NCBI GenBank assembly: GCA_965200575.1
Contig: OZ241363.1
Coordinates: forward strand, 1,320,212-1,384,211
Length of the DNA stretch: 64,000 nucleotides
Reading direction: 5' to 3'
Source of the DNA: Thermoanaerobaculia bacterium
GTDB taxonomy: Bacteria; Acidobacteriota; Thermoanaerobaculia; Multivoradales; Multivoraceae
Shown: piece after piece, positions 28,126-37,287 of the stretch
How the letters are laid out: each line of letters starts with the position of its first letter
Position numbering within the stretch: the first letter of the stretch is position 1
Position numbers and translations under genes: made by a program
Notes under the pieces: model-generated
Seen by the model: the letters and a program-made list of their open reading frames with translations, nothing else
Database searches by the model: none
What the model was told of the DNA's origin: nothing

Positions 28126-28758
28126 CTACCGGAACTCCACGTAGCGGGCCAGGCGCTCGACTTCGTCGTCGTCAACGTACTTGCCGATCTCGCGGCGGAA
28201 CTGGGCCATCGCCTGGTACGGGCGGTACTCCTCGAACTCGTGCTTCATGCGCGGGCCGACGCCCGGGATGCTGAGGATGGCCTCGGCCGAGGCGGTGTTC
28301 AGGTCGATGCGGACGTAGACGTACTGGGCCAGGCGCTCGACTTCGTCGTCGTCAACGTACTTGCCGATCTCGCGGTCGAACTGCGCCAGCGCGGAGTACG
28401 GGCGGTACTCCTCGAACTCGTGGGTCAGGCGGCTGCCGACGCCGGGGATCAGGCCGATCTCCTCGGAGCTTGCGTCGTTCAGATCGATGGGGACCCAGAG
28501 CGCCCCGTAGACGGCGTCGAACCCGTCTTCGGGGACGTGGCTGGAGACCACGGCGTGCAGGTCGGCGGCGCGCAGGAAGGGGCGCCCGTCGAGCAGCGCC
28601 CGGACCGCTTCGCCGTCGAGGCCGGGAACGCCGCCGAGCTCTTCCTCGCTCGCCAGGTTCGGGTTGAGCAGGCCCTGATTCGCTCCGACCTGGGCCGCGG
28701 CGGGAACCGCGCCGGCACACAGAACGAGAATTGCGGACGTCAGGCCTCTGATGCTCAT
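28126..28758 (-). CDS. Secreted helix-hairpin-helix (ComEA-like) DNA-binding protein with three HhH units
   Basis: The start is MSIRGLTSAILVLCAGAVPAAAQ (signal peptide), with AAGGAG 8 nt upstream. Three repeats match the HhH consensus (NLASEEELGGVPGL; DLNDASSEEIGLIPGVGSRLTHEFEEYRPY; DLNTASAEAILSIPGVGPRMKHEFEEYRPY). Confidence 0.65.
   Translation of the reverse strand: MSIRGLTSAILVLCAGAVPAAAQVGANQGLLNPNLASEEELGGVPGLDGEAVRALLDGRPFLRAADLHAVVSSHVPEDGFDAVYGALWVPIDLNDASSEEIGLIPGVGSRLTHEFEEYRPYSALAQFDREIGKYVDDDEVERLAQYVYVRIDLNTASAEAILSIPGVGPRMKHEFEEYRPYQAMAQFRREIGKYVDDDEVERLARYVEFR
28143..28500. repeat. Intragenic ~180-bp tandem duplication (two copies) inside the HhH gene
   Basis: GGCCAGGCGCTCGACTTCGTCGTCGTCAACGTACTTGCCGATCTCGCGG recurs identically ~180 bp apart (about 28147 and 28327). 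The copies then diverge, and each encodes one HhH unit. Confidence 0.6.
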
Positions 28759-29130
28759 CGCGAGGTACTCCTTTGGCGATCGGGCTGCGGGCCGCCGGGG
28801 TGGCGGCGCCGGAACCGTCACGGCCCAGGTCGTCAGCGTAGCAGTGGCCGCGGGCCTGGATGTGCCAGCAGAGGCAGTCGCGGACACCGGTTCCGGCTGT
28901 CGGCCGCCGCCAGGTCGCCAACGTTGCCCTTGCGGTTCGGGCCGCCCAGGGAGTTCACGGCCCTTTCAGGACCGGTCTCGGTCGAGCGGGTCGAAAACGC
29001 ATATGCCCGTGGCGACGATGCCGCACTCGAACGCCAGGCCGAACTCCTCTACGAAGACGACCTCGATCAGTGGCTCGACCGGTTGCTTGCCGCCCTCCGG
29101 GGTGTCGCGCCGTCTCCTTCGTCTGCCCGG

Positions 29131-29541
29131 TCAGTCGGGCCTGCCGGCTGCCGCGAGCAGGCCGAGCAGGCCGAGGAGGACCATGGCGCCGGGCGCCAGC
29201 GTTGGCATCGCTCCGGCCAGGCTCTCCGCGTACAGATCCAGCCCGCCTGCGTTGGCATTGAGCTCCCGCTCGAACTCGAGGTTGGATTCAAAGTGGAACC
29301 AGACGCCGAGCGCACCGGCGGGTACGCAAGCCGCGAAGACGGCTCGGAAGACCCGCTGCGCCCAGCGCGACGGCCTCACCGCCAGCCACAGCCCCGCCAG
29401 AGTGCCGGCGCCCAGCAGCATCAGCGGTATCCACTGCTTCCGGTCTTCGTGGTGGCTCAGCAGCCAGAGCTCCGCCAGCAGCCCCACGCACCCGAAGAGC
29501 AGGAGCAGGAGCGCCCGACGGCGCCAGACCTCAGGGGGCAT
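29131..29541 (-). CDS. Small integral membrane protein (4 TM), unknown function
   Basis: MPPEVWRRRALLLLLFGCVGLLAELWLL… contains four hydrophobic helices. It starts 30 nt downstream of the quinohemoprotein ADH stop and is recovered from the tail of an otherwise spurious 742-aa ORF. Confidence 0.5.
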   Translation of the reverse strand: MPPEVWRRRALLLLLFGCVGLLAELWLLSHHEDRKQWIPLMLLGAGTLAGLWLAVRPSRWAQRVFRAVFAACVPAGALGVWFHFESNLEFERELNANAGGLDLYAESLAGAMPTLAPGAMVLLGLLGLLAAAGRPD

Positions 29542-29570
29542 GCCGGGCGTACCTGTCTGCGGCCGGGACG

Positions 29571-31733
29571 TCAGGGGGCTTCCGCGGCCTGCTCGTCGGC
29601 GAGCATGTTGCGGCGGTGGAGGACGTAGGACCGGATCAGCTCCACGTCGTCCGCGTCGAGCACGGGCGAGAAGTCCGGCATGCCGAGGTCGACCAGGGCG
29701 CCTTCGAGCAGCGCCGCGTCGTACGAGTCGAACACCCGCTGCGACGACTGCCGCAGGTCCGGCGTGACGCCGCCCGAGACTGCGCCGTAGCCGTGGCAGA
29801 CCAGACAGTACTGGTTGTAGAGCCTTCGCCCGGAGTCGATGTCGTCGGTCGAGGCGCCGTGGTCGACGCGCGTGACGCGGCCTTCGCGCCGCTCCTCGCG
29901 CTCGATGGGCTGGCCGGTGGCGCCCAGGGCGTAGACGACGATGCGGCCCTCGGACTCGACCGCCTGGCGGGCCGACTTGCTGCCGACGATGCCGAAGGCG
30001 CCGCCCCAGCCCGACAGGACGGCGACGTGCTGGACGCCGCCCGACTCGAAGGTGACCGGCGGAGCGATCACGCCGCTGCCGGTGTAGCTCTCCCAGAGCT
30101 TCTCGCCGTCGTCGGCGCGGTAGGCGGTCAGCAGGCCGAAGGGGGTGCCCTGGAAGACCAGGTTGCCGGCGGTGGCGAGCGCGCCGCCGGACCACGGCAT
30201 CGTGTACTGGGCGCGCCAGGCCTCGCGCTGCAGCACCGGGTCCCATGCCAGCAGGTGGCCGGAGAGCAGCGCGGGCGGCGCGTCCTCGGCCAGCATCTGA
30301 CCCGTGAGACCGGAGGCGTCGACGACGGCCTGCGGGATGTCCTCGGGAGCCGCGGCGCGAACGCCCAGGTTCCACTGGCCGGGCGTGTACTCGTAGCCCG
30401 GGTCCGGCACGTAGACGTTCGACATCTCCATGGCCGGGATGTAGACGAGCCCCGTGTGCGGGCTGAACGCCATCGGATGCCAGTTGTGACCGCCGAGCGG
30501 GCCGGGCGAGACGGCCACCGGCTGGTCCGTGTAGCGGGCGCCGGGCAGCTCCACCGGACGTCCGGTCGACATGTCCACGTGACTCGCCCAGGTCACCGTG
30601 ACGAACTCCTCGGCCGAGATGAGCTCGCCGGTACGGCGGTCGAGAACGTAGAAGAAGCCGTTCTTGGGCGCCTGCATCAGGACCTGGCGCACCTGACCGT
30701 CGATGAACAGCTCGGCGAGCATGATCGGCTGGGTGGCGGTGTAGTCCCAGGTGTCGCCGGGCGTCGTCTGGTAGTGCCAGACGTACTCGCCGGTGTCGGG
30801 CCGGAGCGCCACGATGGACGACAGGTAGAGGTTGTCGCCGCCGCCGGGGCTGCGCAGGTTCCGGTCCCAGGGCGAGCCGTTGCCGACGCCGACGTACAGC
30901 AGGTCGAGTTCGGGGTCGTACACGATGGAGTCCCACACCGTGCCGCCACCCCCGGCGGTCCACCATTCGCCGGTCCAGGTCTCGGCGGCCACCCGCATCG
31001 CCTCGTTCTCGAAGCCGTCCGCCGGGTTGCCGGGCACGGTGTGCCAGCGCCAGACCAGCTCGCCGGTGTCGGCGTCGTAGGCGTCCACGTAGCCCCGCAC
31101 GCCGTACTCGGCGCCCGAGCTGCCGATGATGACCTTGCCCTTCGCGATGCGGGGAGCGCCGGTGATCGTGTACAGCGAGTCCTCTTCGATCGTCATCGTC
31201 GACCACACAACGCTGCCCGTCTCGGCGTCGAGGGCGATGAGGCGACCGTCGAGCGTGGCGGTGATGACCTTGCCTCGGTAGAGCGCGGCGCCTCGGTCGA
31301 CCGCGTCGCAGCAACTCTTCATCGCGACCGAGCGGGGCACCTCGGGATCGTGTGTCCACAGCGGCTCGCCGGTGACCGCGTCCAGCGCGTAGACGACGTT
31401 CCAGGCGCCGGTGGCGTACATCACGCCGTCCACGATCAGGGGCGTCCCCTCCATGCCGCGCTTCGTGCCCGTCTCCATCACCCAGGAGATGCCGAGATCG
31501 CCGACGTTGCCGTCGTGGATCATGTCGAGCGGGCTGAAGCGCTGCTCCTTCCAGGTGCCGCCGTAGGTCAGCCAGTCGCCCGAGCGTCCGGCGGCCCCGA
31601 CCAGCGCGGCGTCGTCCACGCCGAAGGCAGCCTCGGCGCGTCGTGTCGGAGTCTGCGCCGTCGCCGCAGCGGCGACCAAAGCGAGGACGACCGAAAGGAG
31701 CACGGGAACGTGGAGGCTGCGGATCGTGTTCAT
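29571..31733 (-). CDS. Quinohemoprotein alcohol dehydrogenase (type II: PQQ domain + C-terminal cytochrome c)
   Basis: The start MNTIRSLHVPVLLSVVLALVAAAATAQ is a signal peptide, with AGGAG 9 nt upstream. Features include the CC disulfide (KSCCDAV), WDYTA, W-motifs and C-terminal CLVCH heme binding. It is a paralog of the 2288-4516 gene. Confidence 0.85.
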   Translation of the reverse strand: MNTIRSLHVPVLLSVVLALVAAAATAQTPTRRAEAAFGVDDAALVGAAGRSGDWLTYGGTWKEQRFSPLDMIHDGNVGDLGISWVMETGTKRGMEGTPLIVDGVMYATGAWNVVYALDAVTGEPLWTHDPEVPRSVAMKSCCDAVDRGAALYRGKVITATLDGRLIALDAETGSVVWSTMTIEEDSLYTITGAPRIAKGKVIIGSSGAEYGVRGYVDAYDADTGELVWRWHTVPGNPADGFENEAMRVAAETWTGEWWTAGGGGTVWDSIVYDPELDLLYVGVGNGSPWDRNLRSPGGGDNLYLSSIVALRPDTGEYVWHYQTTPGDTWDYTATQPIMLAELFIDGQVRQVLMQAPKNGFFYVLDRRTGELISAEEFVTVTWASHVDMSTGRPVELPGARYTDQPVAVSPGPLGGHNWHPMAFSPHTGLVYIPAMEMSNVYVPDPGYEYTPGQWNLGVRAAAPEDIPQAVVDASGLTGQMLAEDAPPALLSGHLLAWDPVLQREAWRAQYTMPWSGGALATAGNLVFQGTPFGLLTAYRADDGEKLWESYTGSGVIAPPVTFESGGVQHVAVLSGWGGAFGIVGSKSARQAVESEGRIVVYALGATGQPIEREERREGRVTRVDHGASTDDIDSGRRLYNQYCLVCHGYGAVSGGVTPDLRQSSQRVFDSYDAALLEGALVDLGMPDFSPVLDADDVELIRSYVLHRRNMLADEQAAEAP

Positions 31734-31890
31734 GTGCGAGTGCTCCTGCTGGGCGAAAGGGGCGGCCGGTGCTCGGGCTTCGGACGGTCGGCTCGGCGCC
31801 TGCGGTTGCGGCGAGGCGGCTCTGCGCTGGCGTGGACCGAGGTCAGGCGGCAGGGTGGACCGACATGGCGGATGCAGGCGCCTCACGGCT

Positions 31891-32897
31891 TCAGGGCCGC
31901 TCATCCGGCTCGTTCTCGTCCGGCTCGTTCGCTTCGCCTGATTCGTCCCGGCCGAGGGTGGCGTGGCCGGTCGGCAAGGCGAGGGCGACGAGTTCCGGCG
32001 GCGTGCCGCCTCCGCCCTGGTAGCGCCCGCCACCGACGGCGACCGCCAGGAACTGACGACCGTCGTGCTCGTAGCTGATCAGGTTGCCGTGGGGCGTGTC
32101 GGGCAGTTCGATGCCGCCCATGTACTCGCCGCTTGCCTTGTCGTACACGCTGATCTCGGCCGGGACGTCGTGTCCATCGACGTCGGGGTCGCCGGTGTGC
32201 TCCTTGGAGGCGGTCACGAACAGCATGCGTGACGCCGTCGGACACGATCGAACCGACGATCACCGTGTCGCCGCAGACAGCCGGCGGCGAACTGTGGGTG
32301 GTCAGGCGCTCGACCACCTTGCGGCCGAGGTGCGGCGTCATCTCTACCTCGCCGGCGTCGCCGAAGGCAGGATCGGGAAGCCCGCTCGCGGCGGTCGAGC
32401 GACACCAGGCGCCGGTCGTGGGTGGGCATGAGAATCCGCTCGCGTTCGCCGTCGGTCCACCACGCGACGCCTCGGTGGTGGAAGCCGTCGTTCGCCGGGC
32501 GACCGGCGCGCCATCTCTCCGCGTCGTGCGTCCAGATCGTCGTGCCCGTCGCGGCGTCGATGGCGGCCACCTGCCCCAGCGAGGTCGAGACGAAGATTCG
32601 CTCGCCGACCTTGATCGGAACGGTCTTGAACTGACCGCGCCTCACGTCCCGGGGCACCTCGGTGTCGAAGGCGATGGAACGCCAGCGCCAGGCGATCTCG
32701 ACGTCGGCGAAGTTCCCGCGGTCGATCTGGTCGAGAGGGGAGTGCTTGCTGTTGCCCGGGTCGCCGCCGAACACGGGCCAGTCGCGGCCCGGGTCGGGAA
32801 GCTGTGCCGCGGATGCGGAGGGCGCGAGCAGGAAGATCGCGAGCGCGGCGCTGGCGCAGTGGCGCCCGAGGCCCCCGCCGACCGCCGAGAACTTCAC
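31891..32897 (-). pseudogene. Decayed PQQ-dependent dehydrogenase (paralog of the 38659-40701 gene): three fragments in three frames with ~1.2 kb internal loss
   Basis: Fragment A (32897-32396) aligns to residues ~1-185 of the intact paralog (…QIDRGNFADVEIAWRW…GQFKTVPIKVGERIFVSTSLGQVAAIDAATGTTIWTHD…THDRRLVSLD). Fragment B (~32341-32230) reads …ERLTTHSSPPAVCGDTVIVGSIVSDG…. Fragment C (32226-31891) reads …ISVYDKASGEYMGGIELPDTPHGNLISYEHDGRQFLAVAVGGG… and matches the extreme C-terminus. Confidence 0.6.
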
Positions 32898-32923
32898 CGT
32901 CGGTTGCCTCGGGGCCGGATCGC

Positions 32924-33397
32924 TCAGGAAAGGAGCCCGATCAGCCTCGCCCACACGGACACGCTGGTCCAGATGCCGATGGACAGGGCTCCGACGACCT
33001 TGGGCCAGTGTCCGAGCGTTCCCTCCTCGGCGAACGCCACCCGGCGTCGGATGGTGAAGGTGAAGATCAGGCCGATGACGATGATCTGCATCTTCCACCA
33101 GAAGAAGGGGCTGTAGTACTGCTTCAGCGCCGTGGACAGGACCTGCGGTGCGCCGGTCACGAACAGGGCTGCGAAGCTCCAGACGAGCCAGCGGTCGGCC
33201 TCGCGGGCCAGGCGGGCGACCGGGGTGCGGATCAGGCCGCGCCCGAGCAGCCGGATGTCCACGACCAGCACGGCTGCGGCGAAGGCCACCAGGGCGATCA
33301 GGTGGGCGCACTGGATGATGGGCGAGGCCCAGGTTTCCTCCAGCACCCAGGCGCTGAAGGACAGGCCCTGCATCCACTCGAAGAAGGACTGCACCAC
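32924..33397 (-). CDS. Integral membrane protein (4-5 TM), unknown function; paralog of the next gene
   Basis: MVQSFFEWMQGLSFSAWVLEETWASPIIQCAHLIALVAFAAAVLVVDIRLLG… shares an FEW…L…HV…FAG…DLRL pattern with the 33420-33950 product. Confidence 0.55.
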   Translation of the reverse strand: MVQSFFEWMQGLSFSAWVLEETWASPIIQCAHLIALVAFAAAVLVVDIRLLGRGLIRTPVARLAREADRWLVWSFAALFVTGAPQVLSTALKQYYSPFFWWKMQIIVIGLIFTFTIRRRVAFAEEGTLGHWPKVVGALSIGIWTSVSVWARLIGLLS

Positions 33398-33419
33398 TTT
33401 CAGGTTCTCCTCGGCTCCG

Positions 33420-33950
33420 TCAGGCGCCGATGTTCAGGTTGTTCCACCAGCCGGGCATGAGGCCGCTGTAGGCCATCATCCTGCCGGTCACCACGACGCC
33501 GGCCCACAGCAGCAGGGAGGCGACCCCGGCAAGCCGCGCGTTCATCGGGATCTCGCGGCCCTCGTCCCAGGCCTGGACCGACTTGTAGGTGGCGTAGTGG
33601 AACCAGAGCATGTTCAGGCCGGCCAGCGCCATCAGCGCCATCTTGGCCCAGAAGTAGAAGTTGCCGTAGTAGCGCATGGGCTGGCTGTAGAGCAGCAGGC
33701 CGCCGGTGATCAGGTTGATGCCGTAGCCGGTCAGCGCCCACGGAAACAGGCCGGCCGGGATGTCGGTCACGCGCTCCTTCCGGAGCGTCAGGCCGACCAG
33801 CCGCAGGTCCCAGAAGGCGATCAGCCCGGCGAACAGGCACATGCTGACGACGTGGGTCGTCAGCAGGATGGGGTAGGCGTTCAGCGATTCGCGCAGAGCG
33901 ACGCTGCTGGGAAGCGCGTCTACCCACTCGAAGGCGCTGCGGATGAACAT
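33420..33950 (-). CDS. Integral membrane protein (5 TM), unknown function; tandem paralog
   Basis: The protein begins MFIRSAFEWVDALPSSVALRESLNAYPILLTTHVVSMCLFAGLIAFWDLRLVG… and is hydrophobic throughout. Confidence 0.55.
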   Translation of the reverse strand: MFIRSAFEWVDALPSSVALRESLNAYPILLTTHVVSMCLFAGLIAFWDLRLVGLTLRKERVTDIPAGLFPWALTGYGINLITGGLLLYSQPMRYYGNFYFWAKMALMALAGLNMLWFHYATYKSVQAWDEGREIPMNARLAGVASLLLWAGVVVTGRMMAYSGLMPGWWNNLNIGA

Positions 33951-33994
33951 AGCGAGCTTCGCTCAGGACCTGAGGCGAGAGATCTGGCCGGGAG

Positions 33995-34552
33995 CTACTT
34001 GCAGCGGGACGATTCCGGGTAGCGCCGGTAGATGGCGTGGCAGTCCTCGCAGGCCCCGGCGAGGGCGTTCGTCAGGTCGCTGACGGTGTCCCGGTCCTCC
34101 TCGTGCGCCGCGGTGTAGATCTGCTTCGCCACCTCGGTCAGCTGCTTCGCGTACTTCTGGTAGTCCTCGTTGCCCACCGGCGCCGGCGTGCCGTTCTGGC
34201 ACATGCGGTCCGGGTTCATGATCTGCGCCTCGACCTCGGCCAGGGCAAGCGCCGCCTGCTGCGGCACCAGCCAGCCGGTGTAGATGCCGGAGAACAGGGA
34301 GGACACGTTGCCCTCGTCCGAGGACGCCTCGGGTGGGGCGCCCGGGTCCGTCATCTGCACGTCGAACAGGAAGTTCGAGTTCGGGAACAGGACGGCCCGC
34401 ATGAGCTCGGCCAGGTTTCCGACCGGCTCGGGGTGCTCCTCGGCGGTCGCCGGGGCGACGGCCAGCGTCAGGCAGGCGATCGCGAGAGCCGCGGCGGCCA
34501 GCTTCGCCGCCAGGTTCTTCGAGTTCTCGTTCGTCGAGTTCTCCGGGCGCAT
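33995..34552 (-). CDS. Class II c-type cytochrome (cytochrome c'/c-556-like; C-terminal CxxCH), secreted
   Basis: The start MRPENSTNENSKNLAAKLAAAALAIACLTLAVAPATA is a signal peptide. A single heme motif CEDCHAIY lies near the C-terminus, as in four-helix-bundle cytochromes c'. The ORF-track frame and my manual nucleotide count disagree by 1 nt here, so coordinates are +/-1. Confidence 0.55.
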   Translation of the reverse strand: MRPENSTNENSKNLAAKLAAAALAIACLTLAVAPATAEEHPEPVGNLAELMRAVLFPNSNFLFDVQMTDPGAPPEASSDEGNVSSLFSGIYTGWLVPQQAALALAEVEAQIMNPDRMCQNGTPAPVGNEDYQKYAKQLTEVAKQIYTAAHEEDRDTVSDLTNALAGACEDCHAIYRRYPESSRCK

Positions 34553-34658
34553 TCCTGAATCTCCTGTCGTGCCGCGAGGCGGAAAGACGTGTTGGCTGCG
34601 GGAACGGCGGCGAGTGTAACCCAACGCGATGCGGCTCGACGCGATTGCGGTCGAGATG

Positions 34659-35516
34659 TCAGTCGCCCGTGGCCGGGACCGCCCTCCAGGCGTCGCCGTG
34701 GGCCCCAAGTCGCACCGGGACCGGCCAGTGGGCGCCCACGATGACGACGCCGGAGTCGGCGAAGCGCTCGCAGAAGGTGCGCCGGGTCGCGGTCGCCTGG
34801 CCGGGGTCGATGTCCGCGATGGAGCACCATTCCGGGTGGACCAGCTGGCAGGGATGGTGCATCACGTCGCCGGCGATCACGCCCTCCGCGCCGGCGGACG
34901 AGACGGCGATGCTGCAGTGGCCGGGGGTGTGCCCCGGCGTCGGGAAGAATCGAAGCTCCTGGTTGATCCGGTGGTCCCAGTCCACGAGATCGACCAGCCC
35001 GGCCTCGAAGACCGGCATGACCGAGTCGCCGAAGACGTCGCCCCAGTTTCCGCCGTCGGCCTGCCGCCAGTACTCGAACTCCGGGCGGACCATGACGTGG
35101 CGGGCGTTCGGGAAGGTGGGCGCCCAGGCCCCGTCGACCTTCATCGTGTTCCAGCCGACGTGGTCGATGTGCAGGTGGGTGCAGACGACCAGGTCGACCT
35201 CTTCGCGCGGGAAGCCGGCGTCCTCGATCTGCTGCAGGAACGGGCCGTCGAGCTTGTTCCATGCCGGCAGCGTGCGCTCCTTGTCGTTGCCGACGCCGGT
35301 GTCGACCACGATCCGCTGCCCGCACGATTCGACGAGGAAGGACTGGATGATCATCCCGAGCCGCTTCCCGCCCGGGGTCACGAAGTGCGGTTCGAGCCAG
35401 TCGAGGTCCGGCGCCAGGTTCTCGGGCGTGGCGTCCGGCAGCAGGAAGGAGGCCGGAACCGGACGGTCGATCTCGACGATGGGGGTGATCGACAGGTCGC
35501 CGATCTTGATGCTCAT
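34659..35516 (-). CDS. MBL-fold metallo-hydrolase
   Basis: The metallo-beta-lactamase motif HLHIDHVGW is present with downstream His/Asp ligands (TPGHTPGH, GDVMHH). Confidence 0.8.
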   Translation of the reverse strand: MSIKIGDLSITPIVEIDRPVPASFLLPDATPENLAPDLDWLEPHFVTPGGKRLGMIIQSFLVESCGQRIVVDTGVGNDKERTLPAWNKLDGPFLQQIEDAGFPREEVDLVVCTHLHIDHVGWNTMKVDGAWAPTFPNARHVMVRPEFEYWRQADGGNWGDVFGDSVMPVFEAGLVDLVDWDHRINQELRFFPTPGHTPGHCSIAVSSAGAEGVIAGDVMHHPCQLVHPEWCSIADIDPGQATATRRTFCERFADSGVVIVGAHWPVPVRLGAHGDAWRAVPATGD

Positions 35517-35637
35517 GGATGGTGTCTCCGCTGGTGTTCGGGGCCGGCCGTCGCTCGGCGAGGCGCCGCATGCCGGGCGCCGCGTGCGCCGGCCGCGGGC
35601 CGGCGAAAGCTCGTCGGCACGATCGTCGGCGCGCCCG

Positions 35638-37287
35638 TCAGCGGGTGAGCCAGTCGAACTTCTGGGGCTTGCGCCGGGCCTTCGGGTCGATCAGGACGTT
35701 GACGAGGGCCGGTCGGTCCGACGCCAGTGCCCGGTCAAGGGTCGGCCCGAGATCGGCCACCTTGTCGACCAGGTAGCCCTTGCCGCCGAAGGCCTCGATG
35801 ACCCGTTCGTAGCGCGCGTCCAGGGTGTAGGTGGAGGGCGGCAGCGGCCTTCCGGGGAGGTACTCGCTGACCCCGCCGCCGATGCCGTTGTTGTTGATCA
35901 CCACGAACGTGATGGGCAGGTCGTACCGGCACGCGACCTCCACCTCCATGCCGGAGAAGCCGAAGGCCGAATCGCCCTGGACGCAGATCGTCCGCCGGTC
36001 GGGATGGACCACCGCCGCGGCGATCGCCAGCCCGGTGCCGACGCCCATCGTGCCGAACGTGCCGGCGTCGAGCCGCGTGCGCGGGTTGATGTTGGGCAGG
36101 ACCGTGCGCGAGATGTCCATCGTGTTCGCGCCTTCCGCCACCAGCATGTCCTGCGGTTCCAGGCGGTCGGCGATTTCGCGCAGGGCGCGGTAGTAGCCCA
36201 TCGGCTCGCTGTCGTCCTCCTGCATCGCCTGGACGGCGGCCTGGTTCCGGGCGGCCTTCTCGCGCAGCTGGGTCAGCCACTCGTGTTCGGGCGGCAGCGA
36301 GAAGGGCTCGGCGTCGAGCGCCTGGTTCAGCTGCGAGGTCACCAGCCGGGCATCGCCGACCATGCCGACCTCGGTCGGGACGTTGGCGCCGATCTCCTCG
36401 GCGTGCAGGTCGATCTGCAGCACGCGCACGCCCTTCCTGAAGCGTGGCGGCAGCCCGAAGTGGAGGATCCAGTTGAGCCGTGCGCCAATCAGCAGCACGA
36501 CGTCGGCGTTCTGCAGCGCGTACGAGCGGGCCGGGGCCACGAGGTGGGGATCGTCGTCCGACACGACGCCCTTGCCCATTGGCGTCGGCAGCACGGGCAG
36601 GTTGGTGCGCTTCACGAAACGCCGGACTTCCTGCTCGGCGCCGGAGTAGGCGGCGCCCTTGCCGACGATCACCAGCGGCGACTTCGCTTCGCGCAGCACG
36701 GCCACGGCGCGTTCGACTTCCCTCGGGTCGGCCAGCGAAACCGGCGGCGCCGGGCAGCGGGGCGGCATCTCGACGTCCTCGTCCTTCACCTTCTCGGTCA
36801 GGACGTCGTTGGTCAGGTTCAGGTAGGCGGCGCCGGGGCGGCCGTACATCGAGGTGCGCACCGCCTGCTCGACGTAGAAGGGCGCCCGGTGGGCGGCGTC
36901 GATCTCGGCCGAGTACTTCGAGAATGGGCGCGCGGCCTCGACCTGCGGGCACTCCTGGAAGGCGCCCTGACCGTTCTGGTAGCGGTCGTTGGCGCCGCCG
37001 AGCAGGAGCATCGGCCAGCAGTTGCTCTCGGCGTTCGCCAGCCCGGCGATGCCGTGGATCATGCCGGGGCCGGACACCGCCAGGCAGGCGCCGGGCCTCC
37101 CGGTCAGGTAGCCGACGGCTCCGGCGGCGTAGCTCGCTGCCTGCTCGTTGCGGAAGCCGAGGTACTGGATTCCGGCCTGCTGGGCGGCGGCGGCCACCCC
37201 GAAGACGGGGAAGCCGACGATGCCGAACATGTGGTCGACGCCCTGCTGCTTCAGGCTGCGGGCGATGAGGTCGGCGCCGGTGGTCAT
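35638..37287 (-). CDS. oxc: Oxalyl-CoA decarboxylase (ThDP-dependent; OXC/2-hydroxyacyl-CoA lyase family)
   Basis: It is 549 aa. The start MTTGADLIARSLKQQGVDHMFGIVGFPV… has AGGAGA upstream. Identity to E. coli Oxc is about 50% across several blocks, judged by eye from memory (GI.Y.GFR.EQ.A.YAA.A.G.LT..PG.CL.VS.PG; ThDP motif GDSAFGFSGMEVE..CRY.LP). The start overlaps the frc stop by 4 nt. Confidence 0.8.
   Translation of the reverse strand: MTTGADLIARSLKQQGVDHMFGIVGFPVFGVAAAAQQAGIQYLGFRNEQAASYAAGAVGYLTGRPGACLAVSGPGMIHGIAGLANAESNCWPMLLLGGANDRYQNGQGAFQECPQVEAARPFSKYSAEIDAAHRAPFYVEQAVRTSMYGRPGAAYLNLTNDVLTEKVKDEDVEMPPRCPAPPVSLADPREVERAVAVLREAKSPLVIVGKGAAYSGAEQEVRRFVKRTNLPVLPTPMGKGVVSDDDPHLVAPARSYALQNADVVLLIGARLNWILHFGLPPRFRKGVRVLQIDLHAEEIGANVPTEVGMVGDARLVTSQLNQALDAEPFSLPPEHEWLTQLREKAARNQAAVQAMQEDDSEPMGYYRALREIADRLEPQDMLVAEGANTMDISRTVLPNINPRTRLDAGTFGTMGVGTGLAIAAAVVHPDRRTICVQGDSAFGFSGMEVEVACRYDLPITFVVINNNGIGGGVSEYLPGRPLPPSTYTLDARYERVIEAFGGKGYLVDKVADLGPTLDRALASDRPALVNVLIDPKARRKPQKFDWLTR

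Noticed and set aside
29131-31359. 742-aa minus-strand ORF overlapping the quinohemoprotein ADH in another frame
   Set aside because: Only its last 136 codons (29131-29541, the small 4-TM protein) look genuine. The remainder overlaps the well-supported ADH gene out of frame and is Arg/Pro/Gly-rich.
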